From an uncultured Spirochaetota bacterium (lineage in GTDB: Bacteria > Spirochaetota > UBA4802 > UBA5550), in NCBI GenBank assembly GCA_963827275.1, contig CAWHAA010000010.1:1-64000 (forward strand): a stretch of 64,000 nt of DNA. Reading direction: 5' to 3'. Shown in pieces: positions 27,911-37,701 of this stretch. Every line of letters starts with the position of its first letter. Positions within the stretch are counted from its first letter, which is position 1. The translations under genes were made by a program, and so were the position numbers. A model generated the notes under the pieces. The model searched no databases, was not told where the DNA came from, and was given only the letters and a program-made list of their open reading frames with translations.

Positions 27911-28177
27911 CTATGCCGTCGGATCTTCCCCGCCCCGGCGTAATTTTCCCTTTGTCTCTTCAGCGAAATTTTTTGCGCGATCGCCGAGATCTTTGGCCTT
28001 GGCGCTCATCTTGACATACTCTGATTTCGCGTCTTCCGCCATCTTGTCTGAAAATTCCTTTATGTCGCCGCGGAGTTCCTTGCCGGGCTTTGGCGCGAGC
28101 AAGAGCCCGGCTATCGCGCCCACCGCCGCGCCTATGATAAACCCCAGCAATGTCCCGCCACTGTTATTGTTGCTCAT
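27911..28177 (-). CDS. YtxH domain protein
   Basis: GFIIGAAVGAIAGLLLAPKPGKELR. Confidence 0.92.
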   Translation of the reverse strand: MSNNNSGGTLLGFIIGAAVGAIAGLLLAPKPGKELRGDIKEFSDKMAEDAKSEYVKMSAKAKDLGDRAKNFAEETKGKLRRGGEDPTA

Positions 28178-28541
28178 TGTTCCTCCTTTTAAACCTGCTG
28201 ATCGCCTTGTATCCCAGAAGAAGCGCCGGGATGAGTGCGAGCAATTCAGGCTTTCCCGTCATATTGATATTGGCGGCCTTCAAGGCCCTGCTGACACCGG
28301 TGGCAATGGTCCGCGTATTGGCCACGATGCTGTCTATGCCCTCAAGCTTTCCCTCCACGTTCGCGCTGATGTTTTTCGCGTTCTCGACCAGGTCCCGCAC
28401 CTCCGTTGACGTTTTCTGCAGATCCGCCAGGAGCGCGGTGAGCTCCCGGATGGCGGGCACCAGCACGATGACAATGGCCAGGAAGCCCGATGAAAAGGCG
28501 AGCGCGACGATGAAAATGATTACCTGTGTTGCTGTTTCCAT
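28164..28541 (-). CDS. DUF948 (YtxG/YoxC-like) protein
   Basis: N-terminal TM plus coiled coil; overlaps the ytxH-like gene, the usual pairing. Confidence 0.7.
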   Translation of the reverse strand: METATQVIIFIVALAFSSGFLAIVIVLVPAIRELTALLADLQKTSTEVRDLVENAKNISANVEGKLEGIDSIVANTRTIATGVSRALKAANINMTGKPELLALIPALLLGYKAISRFKRRNNEQQ

Positions 28542-28583
28542 GTCGTTATACTGGACTACCTCGTCGTAAAAGTCAAAGCTTTT

Positions 28584-29948
28584 TTATCGCGCCGATCCAT
28601 GCCCTTCTCTCCCCTCTTCCCGCATGTCCCGCATCCCGGCGGGGGCCTGTTTACCGGGCCGTTTCAGCGTCATGACCAGTGCCATGCTTGCCAGGTTCAG
28701 CGCCGCGAATATGAGATATGCCGCGTCGTATGAACCGGTGATATCGAAGCTCCATCCCATGATCGGGTATCCGATGAAATTGATGCCCACGACAATGCCG
28801 ACATACCGTGCAACGGTCGGATATGCCTCCCTGCCGTAATACTCCGCGATCATGACCGGCTGGGTGGACACAACGCCGCCCATCGCGAAGCCATATATAA
28901 TGATAAAGATTATGACAACAGGCAGGGAGGGAGCAAGCAGCCCCGTGCACAGCCCCGCCGCGTTCATGAACATGAGTACGGCAACCACATGTTTCGACGG
29001 GAACCTGTCGCACACCAGGGCCCACAGGTACTTGCCGGCTGTGCCCACAAGCGCGGTCGCGGCCATGAAGCGCATCGCGGTCACCGCATCGAAGCCGAGA
29101 TCGCTGAAGCGCGGCTTGAGCTGGAACATCACACCGAGGACGGACGCCATGCTCAGCCCGTAAGCCGTCCCGATCGTCCAGAAGGCGCGGTCCCGCGCCA
29201 CCATGGAGATTGTCCAGTGCGGCGGCCGCCCGGCGGCTGCCGGTGCCGCGTCTCCGCCCACGCCGCGGAACGGCTCCTCGTCACGCACCGTGCCGGCACC
29301 GTGCCTTGCGCCGTCAGGCAGCAGCCCGTGGTCTTCGGGCCGCGTGCGCACTAAGAACCAGGAGAGCGGCGCCGCCAGGAGGATCCCGGCGCTTACCAGC
29401 AGGAACGCGGTCAGGATCCCGCTGCCATTGATGATCGCGAGCGCCGCTGCCGGCATCACCACGCCGGAAAGGGAAACGCCCGCGGTGGCAATGCCGAGCG
29501 CGTTGCCCCGCCTGAGGACGAACCAGTTTCCGACCATGGTCGCGGTGACGATCCCGCTCATGCCGCTGATGCCCAGGAAGAGGAGCATGAAGAGAAGGTA
29601 AAAAGCCCACAGGCTCGACGTGACGCCCATGAGCAGGAACGAGACGGCAGTGATGACGGCCGATGCCGTGACCAGGACCCTCGGGCCCGTGCGCACAACG
29701 AGCGTACCGTACAGCAGGACACCGAAAAGGTTGACGATGTAGCCGAGCATCGGGGCGATGTTTATCTCGGCCCGCGTCCACCCCCGCAGAGAGCAGAGGG
29801 GCTCGATGAAGGCGTTGAATATGTAAAAACCGGTGCCGGTGCCGAGGAAATTGCTCACAAAGGCGACCGCTACGATGTACCACCCGTAATAGATCCCGCG
29901 GTCACGCCTGAACAGGGCGGGCAGCGGGACAGGTTTCGTGTCATCCAT
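28584..29948 (-). CDS. MFS transporter (OFA/monocarboxylate-like)
   Basis: YYGWYIV, NWF..RRG.ALG, PEDHGLLPDG; about 12 TM. Confidence 0.9.
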   Translation of the reverse strand: MDDTKPVPLPALFRRDRGIYYGWYIVAVAFVSNFLGTGTGFYIFNAFIEPLCSLRGWTRAEINIAPMLGYIVNLFGVLLYGTLVVRTGPRVLVTASAVITAVSFLLMGVTSSLWAFYLLFMLLFLGISGMSGIVTATMVGNWFVLRRGNALGIATAGVSLSGVVMPAAALAIINGSGILTAFLLVSAGILLAAPLSWFLVRTRPEDHGLLPDGARHGAGTVRDEEPFRGVGGDAAPAAAGRPPHWTISMVARDRAFWTIGTAYGLSMASVLGVMFQLKPRFSDLGFDAVTAMRFMAATALVGTAGKYLWALVCDRFPSKHVVAVLMFMNAAGLCTGLLAPSLPVVIIFIIIYGFAMGGVVSTQPVMIAEYYGREAYPTVARYVGIVVGINFIGYPIMGWSFDITGSYDAAYLIFAALNLASMALVMTLKRPGKQAPAGMRDMREEGREGHGSAR

Positions 29949-30858
29949 CCGTTTGCCCCGCGCCCCCTCCTTTCCTGAACCACGGGACGAGCGCCGATAC
30001 CGTCCGCTGCCGCGCTGCGAATCCCGGCCTGCTGGCGAGCATCCGCTTTTCCATCATCGGGATACTGATAAAGAGGAACATGGCGGTCATTGCGAGCGGG
30101 CCGGCGACCGTCCACCAGTACGATGCGTCAGCCGACAGGGAAAAGAGGAACAGTCCCCACCAGAACGACACTTCCCCGAAATAGTTGGGATGGCGCGAAT
30201 AGGCCCAGAGGCCGGCGGACATGATCGATTCCCGGGGAGGGCGTGACGCGACAAAGGCGCGGAGTTGGTTGTCCGCAACCGCCTCGATGACGATGGCCCC
30301 GCCCGTGACAATCAGCGCAAGGAAATCAAGCGCCGCAATCCCCGATCCCGCAGATGTCATGACAGGGTACAGGGACAGGCAACCGGCAAACACCATCAGT
30401 GTCGGAAACAGGTGAATGCCGAAAAAGCTGATGGCCCAGTACCCGGACCTGGAAGGCCCCCTGAAATTCACGTACCGCCAGTCCTCGTGGGAGAGCCCCT
30501 TCCACTGGCGGTACCAGTTATGGGTGAGCCGTGCTCCCCATGCCGTCACAAGGACAATCACCACGACCTGGCGTATCGAAAGGCCGCCGGTAAAAGGGCA
30601 TGCCCAGAACAAGATGATCGGAAGCGGTGCCACGCTCCAGTAGGGGTCATACATGCTCGAGTTATTGAAGGCGAAGCTGAATGCGAAGATAACGACGGTT
30701 GCGATGCAGTCGGCGATCAGGGCGGTGAGTATATCCGACCCGGCGTCCAGGGTCCAGACCGATGCCGCCGCGGCGCAGAGGGCTGTCGAATACGCCCCTA
30801 TGCAGATGAGAGTCGATCTTGTTTTGTTAAATCCCGGATCAGAAGCTGTGTTCGTCAT
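29941..30858 (-). CDS. DUF1295 / steroid 5-alpha-reductase-like membrane protein
   Basis: NSSMYDPYWS, EDWRY, ADNQL, GLWAYSRHPNYFGE; start uncertain (ORF extends to 30882). Confidence 0.9.
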   Translation of the reverse strand: MTNTASDPGFNKTRSTLICIGAYSTALCAAAASVWTLDAGSDILTALIADCIATVVIFAFSFAFNNSSMYDPYWSVAPLPIILFWACPFTGGLSIRQVVVIVLVTAWGARLTHNWYRQWKGLSHEDWRYVNFRGPSRSGYWAISFFGIHLFPTLMVFAGCLSLYPVMTSAGSGIAALDFLALIVTGGAIVIEAVADNQLRAFVASRPPRESIMSAGLWAYSRHPNYFGEVSFWWGLFLFSLSADASYWWTVAGPLAMTAMFLFISIPMMEKRMLASRPGFAARQRTVSALVPWFRKGGGAGQTDG

Positions 30859-31022
30859 GGCGTACATCCTTGAATTTTTCAAGGGGTATCGTACATGGTC
30901 GAAGTTTTGTCAATACTAATTACACTTTGGGATTCGCCCTTCAGGAATGGATTGGACGATCCGGCCCCGTACCCTCTGTGACCGCATTACGTGGCCCCGG
31001 GTTTGGACCGTGGTTGCCGTAG

Positions 31023-31050
31023 AAAGGCCGGCAGTGACCCGCCGGCCTTT
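31023..31050 (-). terminator. Terminator-like hairpin
   Basis: AAAGGCCGGC-8 nt-GCCGGCCTTT just downstream of the 64-aa gene. Confidence 0.65.
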
Positions 31051-31063
31051 ACGGTTTCAGGCG

Positions 31064-31258
31064 TTACGGGACCCGTTTGATCGTCTTGTCGGCGATCATA
31101 TCCTTAAACTCGGCGAGGAGGGCTTTCTCGAGGTTGTCGATTCTTCCGTCCTCGAGCGCAATATTGTAGATTTCTTCGTATTCCGCGTTCGTCACCACGT
31201 GGTCTTCGATCGCTTTCTTGATCACATCGGCAAGCTTCAGACCGTTTTTCGTTACCAT
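31064..31258 (-). CDS. Small acidic helical hypothetical protein
   Basis: AGGAG RBS; D.VVT.AE / DG.ID..E repeats. Confidence 0.75.
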   Translation of the reverse strand: MVTKNGLKLADVIKKAIEDHVVTNAEYEEIYNIALEDGRIDNLEKALLAEFKDMIADKTIKRVP

Positions 31259-31383
31259 CTAGTATTCTCCTGAAACTCTCCGGAGGCATCCGCCCCGCAT
31301 GAGTGTGATTGCCGGAACTTTCTTCCGGATGTAACCAGATTATTTACCGCCGCCGGTATTGTCAATTTTTTTTATACATCGCC

Positions 31384-33522
31384 CTATTTCAGGAAGACCC
31401 GTGCGTCGACGATCGACACGCCCTTCCCCTCCGGATGGATGATGATGGGATTCAGGTCGATTTCGTCTATCGCGTCAACTCCCGTCAGCAATGCCGATAC
31501 CCGGCAGACGCACTCGGCAAGGGCGGTGACATCGAGAGGCGGCCTTCCGCGGTAGCCGTTGAGCAGCGGGAACGCCTTCAGGTCTTCAAGCATATCACGC
31601 GCCTCGCTTTCCGTCACCGGGGCGATCCGTATCGACCTGTCCTTGAAGATCTCGATGAAGATGCCGCCGAGCCCCGCCATCACGACAGGACCGAACACGG
31701 CGTCACGCCTGCCGCCGACGAAAAACTCCTCCCCGGCGGACGCCATCTCCTGGACAAGGAAACCGTCTATCGCCACGGCCCCGCTCTTTATTTTCGGCGA
31801 GATGCGTATCGATTCGACGGCGTCGCGAAGCTCTTTCTGCGAGGCGATATTCAATTTTACCCCCCCGACATCGGTCTTGTGTGACGCGTCGCGCGACAGG
31901 AGCTTCACGGCGACCGGGTACTTCAAGGTAACGCCGGCGGCTTCACCCGCATCTGTTATTACCGCGCCCCTGACCGGCTGCATGCCGGCCGCCGCGCAGA
32001 TGGCCAGCGCCTCGTGCGTGAGCGGCTGGCGCTTCTCGCGCGCGCAGAGGTCCCGCACGGCGCCGATCGCGGCCGTGTCAAGCCGGTACGCGGGCGGGGT
32101 CCCGCGCCCGTCCCGTTTCCTTTTTCCGTTGATGTAATCGAGCGATCCGCGGAGCGCGCGCACCGATTGCATGGCCGAGCTGAAAGTCGGGTACGGATGG
32201 TTCATGCTGATATCGGCGACTTCCGCCGCCTCGGAGATCAGGGTGACGGCGACCGGCCTGCGGTGCTTCTGGACCAGATCCCTGACCCCGTTCAGGAACG
32301 TACGCGACATCTCTGCTTCATAGCTTGACTGGTAGAGGTGGTTGAAGATGATGCCGTCGATCCCATCGATGGCCATCGTCTCCTCGAGTATCTTCGTGAA
32401 GATCGTGTAATCGAAGATCTCGCCCAGGTCGAGCGGGTTCTGGTGGGCGATGACCCTGGTGTTGTATATCGAGCGTATCTTCTCGAGAAATTCCGCTGAA
32501 AAATCAACGAGCTCGAGCCCGTATTCGGCGCAGGCGTCAACCGTGATGACCGCGTGGCCGCCCGAGCGGGAGAGGACCGCGAGCCGCGGTCCGCGGAGCG
32601 GCGGCAGCTTGAGCGCCTTCGCCGCGACGATCAGCTCGTCCTCGCTGTTCACGCGGATCATGGCGGCCTGCCTGATCGCCGCGTCCACCACGTCGTCGTT
32701 CGACGAAAGGGCGGCGGTGTGCGACTGCGCCATTTTCGCCGTCATCGGGTACCGGTTCGACTTGAAGACGATGACCGGCTTGGGCGATTTCATCGCCGCC
32801 TCGAAGAAGGCGCGCCCGCGCGAAAACCCCTCGAGGTACATGAGGATCGATTTCGTGCTGGTGTCCTGGATCAGGTACTCGAGAAAATCTACCTCGTCAA
32901 GATCAAGCTTGTTCCCGACCGCGATGAATTTATTGAAGAAGACATTGTTCTCCTTGACGATACGCAGCAGCGAGTCTCCCACCCCGCCGCTCTGGGTGAC
33001 GATCGACACCGAGCCGCTTTTGATCCCCTCGCCCTTGAAGATGGCAAACGGCATCATCAGATGGTGCTTCGCGCAGATGGTCCCGATGCAGTTCGGGCCG
33101 ATGATCCGCATGCCGTTTTCACGCGCGATCGACATCACCTCATTCTCGAGTGCGCTGTCGCGCGAATACTCGCTGAACCCGCCCGATTCTATGACAATGT
33201 ATTTTATTCCCTTGCGGGCGCACTCACGCATCATCCCCGGCACCGTCCCGGCCGGGGTGATAATGATCGCGACCTCGGGTGTTTCGGGCAGGTCGGCCAC
33301 GCTGGCGAAGACCGGCACGCCTTCAAGCTCGCCGGCATCCTTGCCTACGCCGTACAGCCTGCCCTTGAACCCGATATGATGGTTGTTTAAAAGTATAATC
33401 TTGCCGAGGTTGAGACGCTTGATTGAAACACCGATAACGACCATGCTTTCAGGATAGAAATACGCGTCAAGGCTGTGCTTTTTGATGATTTTGTGATCTT
33501 TTTTATCGTGGGTAGGGTTCAT
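31384..33522 (-). CDS. ADP-forming acyl-CoA synthetase (fused alpha/beta)
   Basis: CoA-binding N-domain, SGGFSE, IIGPNC.G, TQSGG, SHTAAL phospho-His, NPLDL, ATP-grasp SHKTDVGGV and DLNP. Confidence 0.92.
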   Translation of the reverse strand: MNPTHDKKDHKIIKKHSLDAYFYPESMVVIGVSIKRLNLGKIILLNNHHIGFKGRLYGVGKDAGELEGVPVFASVADLPETPEVAIIITPAGTVPGMMRECARKGIKYIVIESGGFSEYSRDSALENEVMSIARENGMRIIGPNCIGTICAKHHLMMPFAIFKGEGIKSGSVSIVTQSGGVGDSLLRIVKENNVFFNKFIAVGNKLDLDEVDFLEYLIQDTSTKSILMYLEGFSRGRAFFEAAMKSPKPVIVFKSNRYPMTAKMAQSHTAALSSNDDVVDAAIRQAAMIRVNSEDELIVAAKALKLPPLRGPRLAVLSRSGGHAVITVDACAEYGLELVDFSAEFLEKIRSIYNTRVIAHQNPLDLGEIFDYTIFTKILEETMAIDGIDGIIFNHLYQSSYEAEMSRTFLNGVRDLVQKHRRPVAVTLISEAAEVADISMNHPYPTFSSAMQSVRALRGSLDYINGKRKRDGRGTPPAYRLDTAAIGAVRDLCAREKRQPLTHEALAICAAAGMQPVRGAVITDAGEAAGVTLKYPVAVKLLSRDASHKTDVGGVKLNIASQKELRDAVESIRISPKIKSGAVAIDGFLVQEMASAGEEFFVGGRRDAVFGPVVMAGLGGIFIEIFKDRSIRIAPVTESEARDMLEDLKAFPLLNGYRGRPPLDVTALAECVCRVSALLTGVDAIDEIDLNPIIIHPEGKGVSIVDARVFLK

Positions 33523-33606
33523 AGCTGTACACTCATTGAATAAATGTTCAATAAATACACTATAAATTCATATCCTGACCTGTCAAGTATAAGCGCGTCT
33601 GAAAAA

Positions 33607-34551
33607 TTATTTATTGCCTATCACCAGCTGCCACGCGGGATCTGAAAGCGGTACGACCGTTATATCCGTGAAGCCCGCGTCATTGAGCCATCCGGTATAT
33701 TCCTCTCGCGAATAGATGTCTCCCAGGGGGCTCTGGGTGACCATATGCAGGGCGAGGGTCGCACCGAGATAGCTTTCCCCGCGCAGGTTGTCAAATATCA
33801 CGATGATGCCGTGGTCAGCAATGTGCTCGTGGCACATCCTGATAATCCCGGCATTGTCCGACGGCGACTGCCCGTGGCAGAGGTTCCCGAGGAAGGCGAT
33901 GTCATAGGTCCCCGCGGGGAGCGATTTCGTTGCGTCCCCCTCCGCGAGCTCGATCCCCGGCAGGCCGGTGAGCTCGTCCCGCGTCACCGCGATCGCTTCC
34001 GGAAGGTCATAGACGATCGTGCGCACGTCGTGCAGGGCGAAGAGCCGTGCGACGGTACCCGGCGCGCCGCCGATGTCCGCCGCGACTTTCGCGTGCGGGC
34101 AGCGCTCAAGGCAGAGGTCCACTATCTCCGGCGCGACCTGCTTCTTCCAGGGAGAGTCCATGCCCTTTATGAAATCGACCATGGAAAAGCCTTCATAGCT
34201 CGCGAGGTCAGGTTTTCCGTTTTTTAAAACATACGGGAGCGAGCGCCACGGGTTTATGAGGTAGAGCAGGAAATTCCAGAAATCACCCTCGTACCCGGGG
34301 CCGCCGGCGTTGACGAGGCGCTCGCGGGCATCGTCCGTGACATTGTAGGCGCCTCCCGAAACGGTGCAGTACCCCATCTCGACCAGGGCCTCGAGCAGCA
34401 CCCTCGTCACCCGTGCGTCGAAGTCCATACGGCGGGCAAGGCCCTCCGCGGAGTCCGGCACGCGGGCGAGCTCGGCCAGCACGCCGAGCCGGTGCGCAAT
34501 CCCGACAAAGATCGTCTCTTCCATGGCCCGCTGTAAATCGCGTAGTTTCAT
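33607..34551 (-). CDS. SAM-dependent O-methyltransferase (dimerisation + methyltransferase domain)
   Basis: ADIGGAPG, YDLPE, GD, LGNLCH. Confidence 0.88.
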   Translation of the reverse strand: MKLRDLQRAMEETIFVGIAHRLGVLAELARVPDSAEGLARRMDFDARVTRVLLEALVEMGYCTVSGGAYNVTDDARERLVNAGGPGYEGDFWNFLLYLINPWRSLPYVLKNGKPDLASYEGFSMVDFIKGMDSPWKKQVAPEIVDLCLERCPHAKVAADIGGAPGTVARLFALHDVRTIVYDLPEAIAVTRDELTGLPGIELAEGDATKSLPAGTYDIAFLGNLCHGQSPSDNAGIIRMCHEHIADHGIIVIFDNLRGESYLGATLALHMVTQSPLGDIYSREEYTGWLNDAGFTDITVVPLSDPAWQLVIGNK

Positions 34552-34692
34552 CTGATTGTTCTCCGTTACCGTACTGACATCGTCTCCAGCTACTGCGAAC
34601 GGTGATGGCGCTCATTGTCAATTATTTTATCCTCCAGCCGTTGAAAGATTGCTTGACATTCGCGCGCCCGGAGCCCTTTCTATTCAGTCATT

Positions 34693-35850
34693 ATGGACCT
34701 TTCCCTTTCAAAATCCCAGCTGATGATCCGCACAAACATGCGCAAGTTCGCGGCCGACGTGCTCGATGAGTGGGCCAATGTCCTTGACCGCGACTCGAAG
34801 CCCCTGCCCGCCGACGTCGTAACGGAGATGGGCAGGCTCAACATCTGGGGCATACAGGCGCCGGAGCGCTTCGGCGGCGCTGGTCTCGACACCGTCAGCT
34901 ATTCCATCGTGATCGAGGAGATATCACGCGTGAGCGCCGCGGTCGGCCTCGGCGTCACAGTGCACAATTCCGTCTGCCTCGCGCCGCTCCTGAAGTTCGG
35001 CACCCAGGAGCAGGCGGAACGGTTCGCCCCCGACCTTGCGACCGGGAAGAAGATCGGCGGCTTCACCGTGACCGAGCCGCAGGCCGGCTCCGACGCCTCT
35101 TCCATACAGACCAGGGCGGTCCCCGACGGCGATCATTACGTCATCAACGGCCAGAAGGCCTTTGTCACCAACGGCGGCATCGGCGACCTGTTCCTCGTGG
35201 CCGCCTCCCTTGACCCCGCGAAAAAGTCGAAGGGCATCGCCATTTTTATCGTCGAAAAGAGCATGGAAGGGTTCGAGGTCGGCAAGATCGAGGACCTGAT
35301 GGGGATGCGCGGCAACATGGTGTCAGAGCTTATTTTCAACAACGTGCGCGTACCGAAAGAAAACGTCCTGGGCCGGCCCGCGGACGGCTTCAAAATATCG
35401 ATGCAGACCCTCGACATCGGCCGCATCGGGATAGCGGCGCAGGCCCTCGGCATCGGGACCGCGGCCTACGAGGCTGCCGCCACCTACGCCATGGAGCGCA
35501 AGCAGTTCGACCGTCCCATCGGCACCTTCCAGGCCGTCTCCTTCATGCTCGCGGACATGAAGACGCACCTTGACGCGTCGCGCCTGCTGATATACCGGGC
35601 GGCGGACCTCAAGGACAGGGGCCGGCCCTATTCCACCGAATCCGCCATGTGCAAGCTGTATGCATCTTCGACCGCCATGCAGGTATGCATGCAGGCGCTC
35701 CAGATCTTCGGCGGCTACGGCTACGTGAAAGACCTCCCGGTCGAGCGCTTCTTCCGGGACGCGAAGATCACCGAGATATACGAGGGGACCTCCGAGGTCA
35801 TGAAGATCATTATCGGCAACGACATCATCAGGGAATTCAACAGGTTTTAG
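34693..35850 (+). CDS. Acyl-CoA dehydrogenase (butyryl-CoA dehydrogenase-like)
   Basis: TEPQAGSD, NGQKAFVTNG, GRIGIAAQALG, RKQF.RPI, QIFGGYGY, RDAKITEIYEGTSE. Confidence 0.95.
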   Translation: MDLSLSKSQLMIRTNMRKFAADVLDEWANVLDRDSKPLPADVVTEMGRLNIWGIQAPERFGGAGLDTVSYSIVIEEISRVSAAVGLGVTVHNSVCLAPLLKFGTQEQAERFAPDLATGKKIGGFTVTEPQAGSDASSIQTRAVPDGDHYVINGQKAFVTNGGIGDLFLVAASLDPAKKSKGIAIFIVEKSMEGFEVGKIEDLMGMRGNMVSELIFNNVRVPKENVLGRPADGFKISMQTLDIGRIGIAAQALGIGTAAYEAAATYAMERKQFDRPIGTFQAVSFMLADMKTHLDASRLLIYRAADLKDRGRPYSTESAMCKLYASSTAMQVCMQALQIFGGYGYVKDLPVERFFRDAKITEIYEGTSEVMKIIIGNDIIREFNRF

Positions 35851-35854
35851 CCCC

Positions 35855-36646
35855 ATGCTCTCCATCATCGCATGCATAAAGCAGGTGCCCGACACGCAGA
35901 AGGCGCTCTTCGACCCGAAGACCGGCACCATCGACCGCAGCGGCGCCGGCAACATCATGAACCCCGACGACCTGCACGCCGTCGAAATGGCCCTCTCCAT
36001 CCGGGACCGGTACGGCGCCCGCGTCACCGCGCTCACCATGGGCCCGCCCCAGGCGGAGGACGTCCTGAGCGAGGCCTATGCCCTCGGCGTCGACGACGGC
36101 GTGCTCATCTCCGATCCGCGTTTCGCCGGGTCCGATTCTCTCGTCACGAGCAACATCCTCTCGCGCGCCATCACCAGGCTCGGCCCGTGCGACATCGTCG
36201 TCACCGGCTGCGAGGCCATCGACGGCAACACGGCCCATGTCGGGTACCAGCTCTCTGAATTCCTCGCGATGCCCCTCATGACGCAGATACACAAGTTCTT
36301 GATCGACGACGGGTACGCCGTCATAGAGCGTCTCTACGGCCACGAGTACCAGAAGATCCGCGTCCGCCTCCCTGTCCTGCTCAGCATGGGGAAAAACAGC
36401 AACCGGGTGCGCATCCCGCGCCTGGTCGACATAAAGGATTCCGGTGAAAAGCCGATATCGCTCATGACCATGAACGACATCGGCGGGACCGAAGGGGAAT
36501 ACGGCGCCGCCGGGTCGCCAACCGTGGTGATCAAGACCGAGATCTTTTCGCACAAGCGCGGACGCGAGGTATTGGCGGGCGGGATAGACGACAAGGTGGA
36601 CGCGCTGGTCCACAAGCTCAAAAAACAGAACATTTTACGGTACTGA
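35855..36646 (+). CDS. etfB: Electron transfer flavoprotein beta subunit
   Basis: CIKQVPD, MNPDD, TMGPP.A, D.RFAGSD, AIDG.T..VG, GSPT.V. Confidence 0.93.
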   Translation: MLSIIACIKQVPDTQKALFDPKTGTIDRSGAGNIMNPDDLHAVEMALSIRDRYGARVTALTMGPPQAEDVLSEAYALGVDDGVLISDPRFAGSDSLVTSNILSRAITRLGPCDIVVTGCEAIDGNTAHVGYQLSEFLAMPLMTQIHKFLIDDGYAVIERLYGHEYQKIRVRLPVLLSMGKNSNRVRIPRLVDIKDSGEKPISLMTMNDIGGTEGEYGAAGSPTVVIKTEIFSHKRGREVLAGGIDDKVDALVHKLKKQNILRY

Positions 36647-36649
36647 CGC

Positions 36650-37693
36650 ATGAAAGGCAACCATGGCAATATGAACGGATGTTCCGGGGACGTCTGGGTC
36701 TTCACAGAGATACAGGACCACGAGCGGCTGCTCGACGGCGCGCTCGAGCTCCTTACCAGGGGGCGCGATATCGCCGACTCGCTCGGGTCGAAGCTCTGGG
36801 CCGTCGTCTTCGCCCTTGACGCGGAGCAGTACCTCCCCGAGGTTGAGCGCTACGGCCCTGACGTGATACTCTACTGCAGCGACCGCGGCCTGAAGCACTA
36901 CGACAGCCAGGTCTTTCCCGACATGTACACGTCACTTATTGAAAAGCACCGCCCCGCGATCGTACTCTTTCCCTCGACGGAAGCCGGGTCCGACCTGGCG
37001 CCCCGGCTCGCGCAGCGCTTTGCCACGGGCCTTACCTCGCACTGCACCGGCCTCTCGGTCGAGCGCTTCGAGGAATACGGCCGTTCTCTCCTGGTGATGC
37101 AGCGGCCCGCCTACAGCGGCAACGCCATCGCCACGGTGATCTGCCCCCGCACCCTGCCCCAGATGGCCACGGTGCAGCAGGGTGTGTTTGACAAGAAGGA
37201 ATCAGCGCGGAGAGCGACTGCAACCATCAGCCTGCCGTTCGAGTATGATGTGAAAAAACTCAAGATAGCGAGCCTTGAGGCGCCGGTCCGATGGGACAAG
37301 CCGAAGGTCCCGCTCGAGCAGGCGGGCGTCGTCATAACCGGAGGTCGCGGCCTCGGGTCAAAGCGCAATTTCGACAAGCTGTTCGAGCTTTCCGGGCTTC
37401 TGGAGGGAGAGGTGGGGGCCACGCGGGTGCCGGTTTTCAACGGGTGGTGCGGCGAGGAACGCATGATCGGCCAGACGGGCAAGACAATACGCCCGCGCCT
37501 GTATCTCGGGTTCGGGGTCTCCGGGCAGATACAGCACACCGCCTCGATCGTGGACTCGGAGATCATCGTATCGGTCAACACCAACCGCGACGCCCCGATA
37601 ACCGCCATATCAGATTACGTGGTCACGGAGGACGCGGGCATGTTCCTCACGAGGCTCATAGACCGCCTGCGCGGGGAAAAACGCGTGCAGTGA
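36650..37693 (+). CDS. etfA: Electron transfer flavoprotein alpha subunit
   Basis: GGRGLG, GATR, IGQTGKT, GVSGQIQH. Confidence 0.93.
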   Translation: MKGNHGNMNGCSGDVWVFTEIQDHERLLDGALELLTRGRDIADSLGSKLWAVVFALDAEQYLPEVERYGPDVILYCSDRGLKHYDSQVFPDMYTSLIEKHRPAIVLFPSTEAGSDLAPRLAQRFATGLTSHCTGLSVERFEEYGRSLLVMQRPAYSGNAIATVICPRTLPQMATVQQGVFDKKESARRATATISLPFEYDVKKLKIASLEAPVRWDKPKVPLEQAGVVITGGRGLGSKRNFDKLFELSGLLEGEVGATRVPVFNGWCGEERMIGQTGKTIRPRLYLGFGVSGQIQHTASIVDSEIIVSVNTNRDAPITAISDYVVTEDAGMFLTRLIDRLRGEKRVQ

Positions 37694-37701
37694 CCCGTCA
37701 G

